DNA of 64,000 nucleotides. Origin: Candidatus Latescibacterota bacterium (GTDB taxonomy: Bacteria; Latescibacterota; UBA2968; UBA8231). This document shows, one piece after another, positions 27,268-37,624 of the stretch. Below the pieces are notes generated by a model. That model saw only the letters and a program-made list of their open reading frames with translations, searched no databases and had not been told where the DNA came from. The position numbers and the translations under genes are program-made. The stretch is taken from contig OZ242005.1 in the NCBI GenBank assembly GCA_965204725.1, positions 3,360,001-3,424,000 of the forward strand. The letters run 5' to 3'. Numbering within the stretch: the stretch's first letter is position 1; each line of letters begins with the position of its first letter.

Positions 27268-28586
27268 ATGCCCGTACAATTCGCCCTGCCCGACTTGGGA
27301 GAAAACATCGAAAGCGGCGATGTGATCCGCATCCTCGTCGCCATTGGCGACCGCCTCGCCGAAGACCAGACCGTCATCGAGCTCGAAACCGACAAGGCCG
27401 TCATTGAGGTGCCCTCTTCCATAGACGGCGTCGTCACCGAAATCCTCGTCCAGCCGGGAGACACCATTGTCGTTGGGCAGCCCATCCTCGCAGTTGAGAC
27501 GACCGCAGCCGAGGCCCCGGGCGCTGAAGCGGAGGAAGCCCCGGGCGTTGAAGCGGAGGAAGCCCCACGGGAATTCGGTCAGCACGGCAAGCGCCGCAGC
27601 TTGGTACCCTTGATTGACCCCCTCAACCCGATTGTACAAGAACGAGAGGCCGCCCCGGTCGCCGAAGAAGCCCCCCCCGCGCCCACACCAGACGCCCCGG
27701 TCCCAGCCGCGCCATCAACGCGCCGCCTAGCCCGCGAGATCGGCGTCGATATTGCCCAAGTCCAAGGCACGGGGCCGGGTGGCCGGATCTCAATCGACGA
27801 CGTCAAGGCGCACTCAAAAAAGCTGCACACAACGCGAGCGGGTGCGCCGGCCGAGGCCGCGCCGCTGCCCGACTTCAGCCAGTGGGGCGCGGTCGAGCAC
27901 CAGCCCATGACCAAGGTGCGCGAAATAACCGCCGAGCGCCTCGCGCAGGCTTGGGCCACCATCCCGCAGGTCACCCAATTCGACAAGGCCGACATCACCC
28001 GGTTGGAAAAGTGGCGCGCCGAATACGGCAAAAAGGCCGAAGCAGCCGGCGGCAAGCTGACGCCGACCGCGATCCTCATCAAAGTGCTCGGCATCGCCCT
28101 CAAGGTGTTCCCGCAATTCAACGCCAGCATCGACATGGCCCAGCGGCTCGTCGTGTACAAACGCTACTTCCACATCGGCATTGCCGTCGATACCCCCCAT
28201 GGCCTGCTCGTGCCGGTGGTGCGCGACGTGGACCAAAAGAACATCATCGACTTGGCGGTCGAGCTGAGCGAATGGCGCGCAAGACGCGCGAGCGCAAGAT
28301 CGGGCCGGCCGACATGCAGGGGGGGTCCATGACCATCAGCAATGTCGGCACCATGGGCGGCACCGCGTTTACGCCCATCGTCAACCCGCCCGAAGCGGCC
28401 ATTCTCGGGGTGGCGCGCTCGCAAGTCGAACCCGCGTACATCGACGGCCAGCTCCAGCCGCGCACCTTCCTGCCCCTGTCGCTGTCCTACGACCATCGCC
28501 TGATTGACGGGGCCGATGGCGCCCGCTTCCTCCGCTGGGTCTGCACGGCATTGGAAGACCCCTTTATCGCCCTCTTGGAAGGCTAA
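27268..28586 (+). CDS. aceF: Dihydrolipoamide acetyltransferase E2, frameshifted near 28271
   Basis: Lipoyl domain LETDKA, E3-binding domain, catalytic DHRLIDG in the second frame; GAATGG reads as E-M if one A is restored. Confidence 0.92.
27514..27566 (+). repeat. 24-bp tandem duplication in the E2 linker
   Basis: GCCCCGGGCG(C/T)TGAAGCGGAGGAA x2 ([16 protein letters not shown]). Confidence 0.9.
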
Positions 28587-28593
28587 GGCGGCT

Positions 28594-30009
28594 ATGGATA
28601 AGGTCCAGCTAGCGGTCATCGGCGGCGGCCCGGGCGGGTACGTTGCCGCCTTTAAGGCCGCGGACTTGGGGTTGGATGTTGCCTTGATCGATCCAGAAGC
28701 CCACCCCGGCGGCGTCTGCCTCTACCGAGGCTGCATCCCCTCCAAAGCCCTCCTGCACGTTTCCAAGCTCCTCTACGAGGCAAGAGAAGCCGAGCACTGG
28801 GGCATCCAATTTGCCGCGCCCGAGATCGACCTCCCCAAGCTGCGGGCCGCCAAGGACGCGGTCGTCGCCCAGATGACGCAGGGCTTAGGTCAGCTCGTCA
28901 GGGCGCGCAAACTGACCTACGTGCAGGGACACGCTCGCTTCCTCAACCCCCACACCCTGCAAATCGACAAAGCCGACGGCAGCCAAGGCACCTTGCAGTT
29001 TGAACGCGCCATCCTCGCCACCGGGTCGCGCCCAGCCGTGCCGGCGCTCTTTGACCAGCCGAGCGATCGCATCATGGATTCGACCGCGGCGGTCGCCCTC
29101 CGCGACATACCGGCCTCCCTGCTCGTCGTCGGCGGCGGCATCATCGGCATGGAGTTGGGGCAGGTGTATGCAGCGCTTGGGACCCAAGTTTCGGTCGTCG
29201 AAATGCTGCCCGGGCTAATCCCCCCGGCCGACCGCGACTTGGTCAAACCCCTGCACGCCAAGGCCGCCGAGCGGTTCGACGACATCATGCTCAACACCCA
29301 AGTGACCGCACTCGACGAGCGCGACGATGGCTTAGCGGTACAATTGCAGACCAGCGATGGCCAGCACTTTTCCAAGACCTACGCCAAAATCCTCCTCGCC
29401 GTTGGCCGGGTCCCCAACAGCGAAGGCTTAGGGCTGGAACACACGGCCGTCGGCCTCGACGAGCGCGGCTTTGTCCAAGTTGATAACCAGCTACGCACGG
29501 CCGAGTCTTCAATTTTCGCGATTGGCGACCTCATAGGCGCGGCCCTCGCCCACACGGCCGCCCACCAAGGAAGCCTAGCCGCCGAGGTCGTAGCGGGCCA
29601 CGACAAACAAGTCTTCGCACCCCACGCCATTCCCAACGTCGTCTATACGGACCCGGAAATCGCGTGGTGCGGCCTCACCGAGGAAGAGGCCAAAGAACAG
29701 GGGCGCACGGTCGCGGTGGCACGCTTTCCTTGGTCGGCTTCCGGCCGCGCCACCACCCAAGGCACCAGCGACGGCCTCACCAAGCTGCTCATCGACCCTC
29801 AGACCGACCGCATTCTAGGCGTGGGCATTGCGGGCAGCGGCGCGGGTGAGCTGATTGCCGAGGGCGTCCTAGCCGTGGAAATGGCCGCGCTGGCAGCGGA
29901 TGTCCAGCTTTCGATCCACCCCCATCCTACGCTCTCCGAAACCCTCATGGAAGCGGCCGAAAGCCACTACGGCCCAAGCGCACACCTCTACGCGCCCAAA
30001 CGCCGTTGA
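28594..30009 (+). CDS. lpdA: Dihydrolipoamide dehydrogenase E3
   Basis: GGGPGGY, GGVCLYRGCIPSK, HPHPTLSE; start reset to 28594. Confidence 0.97.
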   Translation: MDKVQLAVIGGGPGGYVAAFKAADLGLDVALIDPEAHPGGVCLYRGCIPSKALLHVSKLLYEAREAEHWGIQFAAPEIDLPKLRAAKDAVVAQMTQGLGQLVRARKLTYVQGHARFLNPHTLQIDKADGSQGTLQFERAILATGSRPAVPALFDQPSDRIMDSTAAVALRDIPASLLVVGGGIIGMELGQVYAALGTQVSVVEMLPGLIPPADRDLVKPLHAKAAERFDDIMLNTQVTALDERDDGLAVQLQTSDGQHFSKTYAKILLAVGRVPNSEGLGLEHTAVGLDERGFVQVDNQLRTAESSIFAIGDLIGAALAHTAAHQGSLAAEVVAGHDKQVFAPHAIPNVVYTDPEIAWCGLTEEEAKEQGRTVAVARFPWSASGRATTQGTSDGLTKLLIDPQTDRILGVGIAGSGAGELIAEGVLAVEMAALAADVQLSIHPHPTLSETLMEAAESHYGPSAHLYAPKRR

Positions 30010-30127
30010 AGCGCCGCGCCGCGGCAATTTTTCGCTTGGCCCCTTGCCCCAAGCTATTGTATTTTTGAGAGCAAGTCGCGCCGCGGGCGCGTCCAATAGA
30101 AACCCACTTTAAGCCTCCGCAATACCA

Positions 30128-32239
30128 ATGACCAACAAAGCTATATGGGGTTGGGCAACGCTGGGCCTGAGCCTGCTAATTTTGCTGCCGCTAGCGGCCT
30201 ATTTCTACTTTTCAGCCCCCACTAAGGTCGCCGCGCCAGAGCGACCGAGTCCAATCGCCGCGCTGATCGCCGACGACCGCTGCGACCTCGCCTATCCCCA
30301 GCTCACGGCACTAGATCCGAGCCAACATCACGCAGCGCACATCGAGTTCCAGCGGGCGTTTTGCGAGCGCGCCCTCAACGAGCCAAGCCGCGCGTACGAT
30401 CGCTTGCGCGCCCTCAACTTACCAGCCTTGGACGACTATCGCCGCTTCTGGATGGCTCGCTCCCTAGAGGACATGGACCAGACGCACGACGCCATCGCCG
30501 AGTACGAAAACTTTCTCGCGACCTCGACCAACCCAATCCTCCGCAACCCAGCCAGCCTGCGCTTGGCCTCCCTCTACCGGAACGCCGACCAACCCGCCAA
30601 GGCCCTCGCCCTGTACGAGCAACAACTCGCGCAGGACGCCGATCGGGCGCGCGTCCTCTACCTGCTGGCAACCACCAGCCAAAAGCACGACGCGGCGCGG
30701 GCGCAAAAGTGGCGTTTAGAGTTGCTGGAAAACCACCCCCACTCCAAACACGCCCGCAACAGTCTGTCGCACCTGCCCAAGCGGCTCGACGCTCGCACCG
30801 CGTATGCCAAGGCCCACACCGAGCACAGCCACAGGCAATTCAACCAAGCCATCAAGAGCTTTCGGCACTTCATCCGCGCCCACCGCAACGACCAGCGCGT
30901 CGCCAAGGCGCACTTCATGCTCGGTCAGGCCCACCTAGCAGCGGGGCACTACACCAAGGCCGAGCAGGTTTTTCGGACGGTTCACAACCGCTACGGCAAC
31001 CCAGAGGCCCTTTATCGCATCGCCAGTCTGTTGGTCCGCAAAAACCGCGAAGACCAGGCCATTGCCGCCTATACGAGCTTTGCCAAGCGGTATCCCCAGC
31101 ACGACTTGGCCGACGATGCCCTCTGGCAGGCGGCCAAAGCCGCCGAGCGCAACAGCGAGTTCGCCCGCGCCGCCACGCTCTATAGCCGCCTAGCCGAACA
31201 CTACCCGCAAACCGATTACGGCGACGAAGCGCGCTGGGGCGTCGGCTTCGCGCTCTACTGCCAAGAGCAATACGCCCAAGCCCTCGCCGCTTTTGAGCGC
31301 GCCAGTCAGCAGGCGCGTCAGCCCCACCTCATTGACCAATCCCTGTACTGGGCCGGGAAAAGCGCGGAGCGGCTGGGCCAGATGGAGGCCGCCACTGAGT
31401 TCTATGGCCGCGCCGCGACCGGATTCCCGCGCTCTTATTACTCGGCCCGCGCCGTCCAAATGGGCCATAAAGAGCAGGTTCAGTTCAAGGGGCGGCCCGC
31501 AGCTAATCGCCGCCAAGTCAGCCCCGCGCGAGCGCAAAAGGCCCACCTCGAACGCGCTGGTTTGCTGAATCAATTGGGGCTAAGGGATTGGTCGGCGGCC
31601 GAGATGAAGCAAGCCGTCCGCGACTACGCGGGCCAAGAGGCAGCGCTCAAGGTCATCCGCGACTACTGTGAAGCACTCGGCTTTCGCGACCAAGCCCTGC
31701 GGCTGTCGCTGCGCCTGTTCGACGGGCAAGACCCAGAGGAATGGTCTCGCATTTACCCGACTTACTACTGGGAGGAAATTGCGGCGGCCGGGGCCGAAGC
31801 CCAAATCGACCCCTATCTGGTCCTGTCGGTCATTCGCCAAGAGAGCACATTTGACGAAAACGCAGTATCGCGGGTGGGCGCGCGGGGCCTGATGCAGATC
31901 ATGCCCCACACCGGCCTCACCCTCGCGCGGACTTTGAAGATAAAACCTTTTGAGCTACGCGAACTCTTTGACCCGGCCGTCTCCATCCGCTTGGGCAGTT
32001 ACTTCCTCGGCGACCAACTGCGCCAATTCGCGGCAGGGCCGGGCGCGGATTTGGGCTTTGAACTGGGCTTGGCCGCGTACAACGCCGGCCCGCACAACGC
32101 CCGTCGGTGGCTCGAGCGCTTGCCCGCTGAGGACCCAGACGCCTTCGTCGAGCGCATTCCCTTTAAGGAGACCCGCCTCTACGTCAAGCTAGTCCTCAAA
32201 AACTACGCCATTTACAAGGCCCTGTCCGATGACGCCTGA
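30128..32239 (+). CDS. slt: Soluble lytic murein transglycosylase with TPR repeats
   Basis: IRQESTF, GARGLMQIMP, AAYNAGP, ETRLYV; TPR-like helices. Confidence 0.92.
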   Translation: MTNKAIWGWATLGLSLLILLPLAAYFYFSAPTKVAAPERPSPIAALIADDRCDLAYPQLTALDPSQHHAAHIEFQRAFCERALNEPSRAYDRLRALNLPALDDYRRFWMARSLEDMDQTHDAIAEYENFLATSTNPILRNPASLRLASLYRNADQPAKALALYEQQLAQDADRARVLYLLATTSQKHDAARAQKWRLELLENHPHSKHARNSLSHLPKRLDARTAYAKAHTEHSHRQFNQAIKSFRHFIRAHRNDQRVAKAHFMLGQAHLAAGHYTKAEQVFRTVHNRYGNPEALYRIASLLVRKNREDQAIAAYTSFAKRYPQHDLADDALWQAAKAAERNSEFARAATLYSRLAEHYPQTDYGDEARWGVGFALYCQEQYAQALAAFERASQQARQPHLIDQSLYWAGKSAERLGQMEAATEFYGRAATGFPRSYYSARAVQMGHKEQVQFKGRPAANRRQVSPARAQKAHLERAGLLNQLGLRDWSAAEMKQAVRDYAGQEAALKVIRDYCEALGFRDQALRLSLRLFDGQDPEEWSRIYPTYYWEEIAAAGAEAQIDPYLVLSVIRQESTFDENAVSRVGARGLMQIMPHTGLTLARTLKIKPFELRELFDPAVSIRLGSYFLGDQLRQFAAGPGADLGFELGLAAYNAGPHNARRWLERLPAEDPDAFVERIPFKETRLYVKLVLKNYAIYKALSDDA

Positions 32240-32489
32240 ACGAGAAGAGCAGCGAGAAAAAAGGCACAAGCTGATCGAAGACCTTTTCATCTTGCTCTGC
32301 ATCGCCAGCCTCTGGCCGGTGGTGTTAGGCTGGACTGAGCCGATCTATCAGTACTTGCTCTACGCGGCGTTGGCGGGCCTGATCTTCATTTTCGTGCGTC
32401 GCATCCGCCGCTTCCACGCCGCCCGCGACGCCCTGCGCGACGCCGAGACCGACGACCCCCTTACTGAGCCCAACGGCAACAGCCGCTGA
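32229..32489 (+). CDS. Small two-TM hypothetical protein
   Basis: Overlaps the slt stop codon; two hydrophobic helices. Confidence 0.7.
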   Translation: MTPEREEQREKRHKLIEDLFILLCIASLWPVVLGWTEPIYQYLLYAALAGLIFIFVRRIRRFHAARDALRDAETDDPLTEPNGNSR

Positions 32490-32498
32490 GAAGCTCCT

Positions 32499-33398
32499 CT
32501 ACCGCCTTCCGCTCAGCCGCTCCAGCGCCAAGACGAGCACAACTCCCACCACGATCAGCCCCAAGCTCAGCCAAGCCTCGCCGTTGAACTCCTGCGGCCA
32601 CGCGCATTCGTAGCGCCCTTCCTCCAGCGCATTGCGGAACGGCCACACCTTGCGCAGAGACCCCAGCATCAACCCCACCAACAAGGCCATGGTGCCGGCG
32701 CGAAAGCGGGTCAGCAGGTGCTTGAGCAGCCGCGAGAAGCCCAGCAGACCAATAACCGCCCCAGAGCCGAAGAGGGCCAAAATGGCCCAATCAAACTCGT
32801 GTACCGCGGTCAAGACCTGCTGGTATTTGCCCATGACCACCAGCAGAAACGAGCCGCTAATCCCCGGCAAGATCATCGCGCATATCGCCACCATGCCGGC
32901 CAGCGTGAACTTGTAGGCCTCGACGCCGGTCTCGACCGGGACCAACGTGGTAATGGCGTAGCCAATCGCAGTGCCGAGAGCGGTCAGCCCCCACTGCGCC
33001 AGCCTCCATCCGGCGACCTGCCGAGCGACCACGAGCGCACTGGCCAAGATCAACCCGGTGAAAAACCCCCACACCGGCTGGGGGTGCGTCTCCAACAGCG
33101 AGGTTATGAACTTGGCCAGCGCGGCAATAGACAGGCCGATACCGCACAGCAACGGCACCAGAAAAGGGGCATTGACTCGGTGCAACACCTCAATGAAGCG
33201 CCCCCGCACCAAGGCCCCCACGATCCGTTGATCCACTGCGGCAATCGTCCCGACCAACTCGTCGTAAATGCCCGTGACTAAGGCAATCGTCCCCCCGGAA
33301 ACCCCGGGAATTACGTCGGCCGCGCCCATGCACAGCCCGCGCAAGACCAGCCCAGGGGCGCGGCGTCGGCCCGCGACTAGCAACTCATTTTTTTTCAC
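32499..33398 (-). CDS. DUF368 family membrane protein
   Basis: MGAADVIPGVSGGTIA and AMILPGISGS duplicated motifs. Confidence 0.93.
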   Translation of the reverse strand: MKKNELLVAGRRRAPGLVLRGLCMGAADVIPGVSGGTIALVTGIYDELVGTIAAVDQRIVGALVRGRFIEVLHRVNAPFLVPLLCGIGLSIAALAKFITSLLETHPQPVWGFFTGLILASALVVARQVAGWRLAQWGLTALGTAIGYAITTLVPVETGVEAYKFTLAGMVAICAMILPGISGSFLLVVMGKYQQVLTAVHEFDWAILALFGSGAVIGLLGFSRLLKHLLTRFRAGTMALLVGLMLGSLRKVWPFRNALEEGRYECAWPQEFNGEAWLSLGLIVVGVVLVLALERLSGRR

Positions 33399-34512
33399 GA
33401 AATAGCTCCTTATGCTGTGCGTGTTGGCGCATGAACTCCACGATCAGGCGATCGGCCCGCGGCAGCGCGAAGTCGTCCAAAGCCTCTGGAGCGACCCAGC
33501 ACCAAGCAGCGCAACCGAGTGCCTGCGGGGTGCCGCACACGTAGCGGGCGGCAAATGCGTGTAGGGTAATGCTAAAATGCGAATAGGCGTGATCCACGCT
33601 CGTCAGGTGCTCATCCACCTCAATTTTAATGCCCAACTCCTCGCGGATCTCGCGCACCAAGCATTCGGGCAAGGTCTCGCCGGGCTCCTGCTTCCCCCCG
33701 GGGAATTCCCACAGGCCGCCGAGCATCCCCTCGGCCGGCCGCTGGGCAATTAGCAACTCGTCGCCCCGGCGAATCAAGCCAGCCGCCACTTGGTAATGTG
33801 GCTTAGGTTTCTTAGGGGCCTTGCGCGGCAGGGCGGTCGGATCGGCCAGCTCGGCCTTGGCCCGGCACCAGCCGCCGACCGGACATGTTGGGCAGCAAGG
33901 GCTTTGCGGCGTACAGACCCGCGCCCCCAACTCCATCATCGCCTGATTGAAATCGCCGGCTTCGCCCCGGGCCAGCAGGGCCTCGCCAGCGGCGATGAGG
34001 CGCGCCTTGACTTGGGCGCGGGTCGGCTCTTCCTCAATCCGCAACAAGCGGCAGAGTACGCGGGTCACGTTGCCGTCGAGCACCGGGTGGTCGCGGTCAA
34101 AGGCAATGCTGCTAATGGCCGCGGCCGTGTATTGGCCAATCCCCGGCAGTTTAATCAGCTCTTGGTACGTCTCCGGGATGCGGCCTCCCAGCTCAAAGGC
34201 CATGCGTTTGGCCGCCTTGTGCATGTTGCGCGCCCGCGCATAGTAGCCCAAGCCCTCCCAGGCCTTGAGTACCTGGTCCTCAGAAGCAGCGGCCAGCGAT
34301 TGGAGCGTGGGAAATGCGCGGATAAACCGATCGAAATAAGGCGCCATCTGATCCACCCGGGTCTGTTGCAACATGACCTCAGATACCCAGACGTGATAGG
34401 GATTGTCGCTGTCGCGCCAACTGGTCTGCCGCTTGTTTTGGCGATACCAAGCCAATAGCCGGGCGCGGAAGTCGCTGAGCGCGTCCTGATCGTCGAGCAA
34501 GCGGACGCTCAA
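33385..34512 (-). CDS. mutY: A/G-specific adenine glycosylase with MutT-like C-terminal domain
   Basis: SEVMLQQT, WEGLGYY, HhH LPGIGQYTA, DGNV, Fe-S cysteine cluster, Nudix box. Confidence 0.96.
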   Translation of the reverse strand: MSVRLLDDQDALSDFRARLLAWYRQNKRQTSWRDSDNPYHVWVSEVMLQQTRVDQMAPYFDRFIRAFPTLQSLAAASEDQVLKAWEGLGYYARARNMHKAAKRMAFELGGRIPETYQELIKLPGIGQYTAAAISSIAFDRDHPVLDGNVTRVLCRLLRIEEEPTRAQVKARLIAAGEALLARGEAGDFNQAMMELGARVCTPQSPCCPTCPVGGWCRAKAELADPTALPRKAPKKPKPHYQVAAGLIRRGDELLIAQRPAEGMLGGLWEFPGGKQEPGETLPECLVREIREELGIKIEVDEHLTSVDHAYSHFSITLHAFAARYVCGTPQALGCAAWCWVAPEALDDFALPRADRLIVEFMRQHAQHKELFREKK

Positions 34513-35468
34513 CCGTCCCCCGCTTCCGGCCAGCCGGTCTGCGGCATAGCTTTGAGACCCCCGACCGTTTCAGCCGCCAAAAGGGCATCGACGACCGCGG
34601 CCGCGGCCGCCGTGGCCGCCGCGGCAAAGAGCGAATAGAGCCTTTCTTCGCCCACCATCTGCACCGATGCGGCCGGCTCTTGGGTGGAAAAGGCAAGGAC
34701 GAGGCCCTCGCGCGTATGCGGGTTCCACAAGCCCGTCCGCGCCAGCCCCAGTGCGGCGCGACCCGCCAAACGCTCTAGTTGACGCGGGATCAGGGGTGCG
34801 TCCGTAGCCACGACCGCAGCAAAGGTTTGCGGCTCCCCGATCTCCTCGCCCACCGGCAAGCTGCGACCGGCCCAATGCAACTGTTGGCCCCCGTTGACTG
34901 CGACCAACAGGCCCAGCGCGTATTCATCAGCCCGGCGCGAGGCCGTGCCGATGCCGCCTTTGTAGCCAAAGGCCCGCAACCCACCGCCGACTCCGGCATT
35001 GCCCGTGGGCACCGCACGGTCAGCACGGGCCAACACCTCATCTACGTGGGCGTGGGTCACGGTCTTGCGGACGAGCGCGGGGTCGTTGACAGCCGTGTCG
35101 TCGATCCCCACGACCACCGGCGGCCAACCGGCCTCGGTCGATAGCCCGGGGTCGCGGCCCAAACTGTGGCGGATTAAGGCTTCGTACACCCGGCCGACGA
35201 CCGGGGCCGGGGCGAGGACAATGGGCGAGGAAAAGGTGCCGAAGTCTTCGGCGACCCCAAGGCCGCTCATGGCGTCGCCGCCGTCTATGGAGAAGCGACC
35301 GATAAACAGCTTGCGCTCAGCCACGGCGGCCGGATACGGGACGATGGCCGTCAGGCCGGTGTGCAAGTCGGGTGTGCGAATGTCGATGTGCCCCACCCGG
35401 ACTCCGGCCACATCGACAATGGCGTCGTGCGGCCCGGCCGCAGCACCCGATGGGCGCGAGCGATTCAT
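34509..35468 (-). CDS. P1/DmpA family peptidase paralogue lacking the canonical G-S cleavage site
   Basis: DVAGVRVGH, KGGIGTASR, VATDAPL; PHTREG replaces HGSGD; ATGA overlap with upstream gene. Confidence 0.8.
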   Translation of the reverse strand: MNRSRPSGAAAGPHDAIVDVAGVRVGHIDIRTPDLHTGLTAIVPYPAAVAERKLFIGRFSIDGGDAMSGLGVAEDFGTFSSPIVLAPAPVVGRVYEALIRHSLGRDPGLSTEAGWPPVVVGIDDTAVNDPALVRKTVTHAHVDEVLARADRAVPTGNAGVGGGLRAFGYKGGIGTASRRADEYALGLLVAVNGGQQLHWAGRSLPVGEEIGEPQTFAAVVATDAPLIPRQLERLAGRAALGLARTGLWNPHTREGLVLAFSTQEPAASVQMVGEERLYSLFAAAATAAAAAVVDALLAAETVGGLKAMPQTGWPEAGDG

Positions 35469-36580
35469 TTGAGCCGACCGTAGGCGCGCATGATTTCGAG
35501 CAAGCGGTCCAGCGGCAGCGCGTGGATGGTGTTGCCAGCGCGGCCAGTCATGGTGTAGGCCGTAGTCAGCGCGTTGAGGATGGCTTCCTCCGTAGCCTCG
35601 ACTACGCCTTGGAACAAGCCCGAGATCCAGCGGTCGGCGAGCATGGCCCCGGGAGGGGCCGCGGCAAAGGCCAGCACTAAATCGCCGCTGCCGTGAGTGG
35701 AATATGCGCCCGTGCGCGCCATGCCCAAAGCCACCCGCTTGCACACGCGCTGGAGCTGAATGGGGATCAGGGGCGCGTCCGTGGCCACGGCCGCGAGCAT
35801 GGACTTGCTCTTGCCTCGCGCCGGCATCAGATCGGGGATCTCCCGGCCCACCGGGACGCCGTCAACGCGCAACTGGGGCCGCCGGCCAAAATTCGCCTGC
35901 ACCAGCACCCCCACAGTGTAGTGCCGGTCGCCGCAGGGGACTGTGCGCGACGCCGTGCCAATCCCGGCCTTGAAGCTATAGGCCCGCATCCCGGTCCCGC
36001 CGCCGACGCAGCCTTCGGCTACCGGCCCGCTGGTCGCCGCGTCGAGGGCCGCGGCCGCGTGGGCGGGCTGCACGTGCCGCCCGACTTCGTCGTGGAGGAA
36101 CGCAGCCCAGGTCTCGCCGACTATGGGCGCGGGCTGCCAAGCGCTCTTGAACAGGTCGGGGTCGCGGGCCAGCATCCACTCCACCGCTCCATCATGCACC
36201 GCGCCGACGCTGGATGTGTTGGTAAAAAGGACAGGGCCGCCCAACAGACCCGTGCGGCGCATAGAGCCTACTCCCATTAGCTCGCCGTTGCCGTTGAGCG
36301 TGAAGTCGGCGGCAAACGCGGGCGCGGGCGGCACAATCGCCGTCACCCCGGTGCGCACTAGATCATCCTCAATCAGGGTTAGATGGCCAACCCGCACGCC
36401 CTCGACATCGGTGATGGCGTTGTGGGGGCCGGTCGCCAATTCGCCAATGACAATGCCCAACTCGCGCAGGCGCACCCGCTCCGGCTGCCCGGGCGCGGCG
36501 CGGCCCAATGCCGGCCACGCGGCCACCCCTAGGCCCAAGCCGAGAAAGGTCCGGCGGGCCATGTCAGAGTGCTTGGACAA
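35465..36580 (-). CDS. Tat-exported P1/DmpA family aminopeptidase
   Basis: RRTFLG Tat motif, NAITDVEGVRVGH, NGNGEL, HGSGDLVLAF, EEAILNAL. Confidence 0.9.
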   Translation of the reverse strand: MSKHSDMARRTFLGLGLGVAAWPALGRAAPGQPERVRLRELGIVIGELATGPHNAITDVEGVRVGHLTLIEDDLVRTGVTAIVPPAPAFAADFTLNGNGELMGVGSMRRTGLLGGPVLFTNTSSVGAVHDGAVEWMLARDPDLFKSAWQPAPIVGETWAAFLHDEVGRHVQPAHAAAALDAATSGPVAEGCVGGGTGMRAYSFKAGIGTASRTVPCGDRHYTVGVLVQANFGRRPQLRVDGVPVGREIPDLMPARGKSKSMLAAVATDAPLIPIQLQRVCKRVALGMARTGAYSTHGSGDLVLAFAAAPPGAMLADRWISGLFQGVVEATEEAILNALTTAYTMTGRAGNTIHALPLDRLLEIMRAYGRLK

Positions 36581-37622
36581 TCCGCTCCCCTAGCGCACGG
36601 CAGTTCAACGCACCGCCCAAATCGGGCGTCCCCGCGCCCTGCTCGCCGATTACAGCGCGCACCGCTTCTTCGATTCGCTCCGCCCCGCTGGTGGCCTCTA
36701 AATCGCCGTGTTGCTGGCCCAACCAGCGCAGCATCATGGCTGCCGACAGGATCATGGCCACTGGATTGGCCTTTCCCTGCCCGGCAATGTCGGGCGCAGT
36801 GCCGTGCGAGGGTTGGAACACGGCCGCGTCCTCGCCGATGTCCCCCGAAGGGGCCAGCCCCAGACCACCGACTAAGCCAGCGGCCAAGTCCGAGATAATG
36901 TCCCCGTACATATTCTCGGTGACCAGCACGTCGTATCCGGCCGGTTGCTGCACCAAGTACATGCTCAGGGCATCGATGTACGCGTAGTCGCGCTCGACGT
37001 CTGGGTAGTTGGCCGCGACTTCGTCGTACACGCGGCGGAAAAAGGCCATCGAGCGGAAGACGTTGGCCTTGTCAACGCACGTTACCTTCATCGGCGTCCG
37101 GCCGCGCTGCCGCGCTAGCTCAAAGGCGTAGCGCACCACGCGCTCCGTGCCCGTGCGCGTAATGACCATAGAGTCAACGGCCACTTCTCCGCGCAGCTCA
37201 ATGCCGCCGTTCATGGAGGCAAAAAGCCCCTCGACGTTCTCGCGCAGGACGACAAAGTCTATGTCGCCCGCCTCCAACCCTTTGAGCGGGGTATGCGCGG
37301 CCGCGTAGAGGTAAATCGGCCGCACCCCGGCGTACAGGTCCAGCTCGATCCGCAAGTCAACTTGTGGCCGCATCTCCGTCCCGTCCGGCCAGCGCACGTG
37401 CGGCAACCCCATCGCGCCCAACAGCACCGCATCCGCCCGGCGACATCCTGCCACGGTCGCCTCCGGCAGCGGATTCCCTTGCTCCAGATAGCACCCCGCG
37501 CCACAGGGGTACTCGGCGAAGGCCAAGGCAGGAGCGCCCAACGCCTTGAGCACCTTCAGGGCCTCGTCCATCACTTCCGGTCCGATGCCGTCGCCTTTGA
37601 GGACGGCGATGTCGTAGGCCAT
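36564..37622 (-). CDS. Isocitrate/isopropylmalate/tartrate dehydrogenase family protein
   Basis: GDGIGPEV, RENVEG, VDKANV, NMYGDIISD, HGTAPDIAG. Confidence 0.92.
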   Translation of the reverse strand: MAYDIAVLKGDGIGPEVMDEALKVLKALGAPALAFAEYPCGAGCYLEQGNPLPEATVAGCRRADAVLLGAMGLPHVRWPDGTEMRPQVDLRIELDLYAGVRPIYLYAAAHTPLKGLEAGDIDFVVLRENVEGLFASMNGGIELRGEVAVDSMVITRTGTERVVRYAFELARQRGRTPMKVTCVDKANVFRSMAFFRRVYDEVAANYPDVERDYAYIDALSMYLVQQPAGYDVLVTENMYGDIISDLAAGLVGGLGLAPSGDIGEDAAVFQPSHGTAPDIAGQGKANPVAMILSAAMMLRWLGQQHGDLEATSGAERIEEAVRAVIGEQGAGTPDLGGALNCRALGERIVQAL

Positions 37623-37624
37623 CT

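Noticed and set aside
28255-28290. Programmed ribosomal frameshift in aceF
   Set aside because: No slippery heptamer at the junction; a simple indel explains it.
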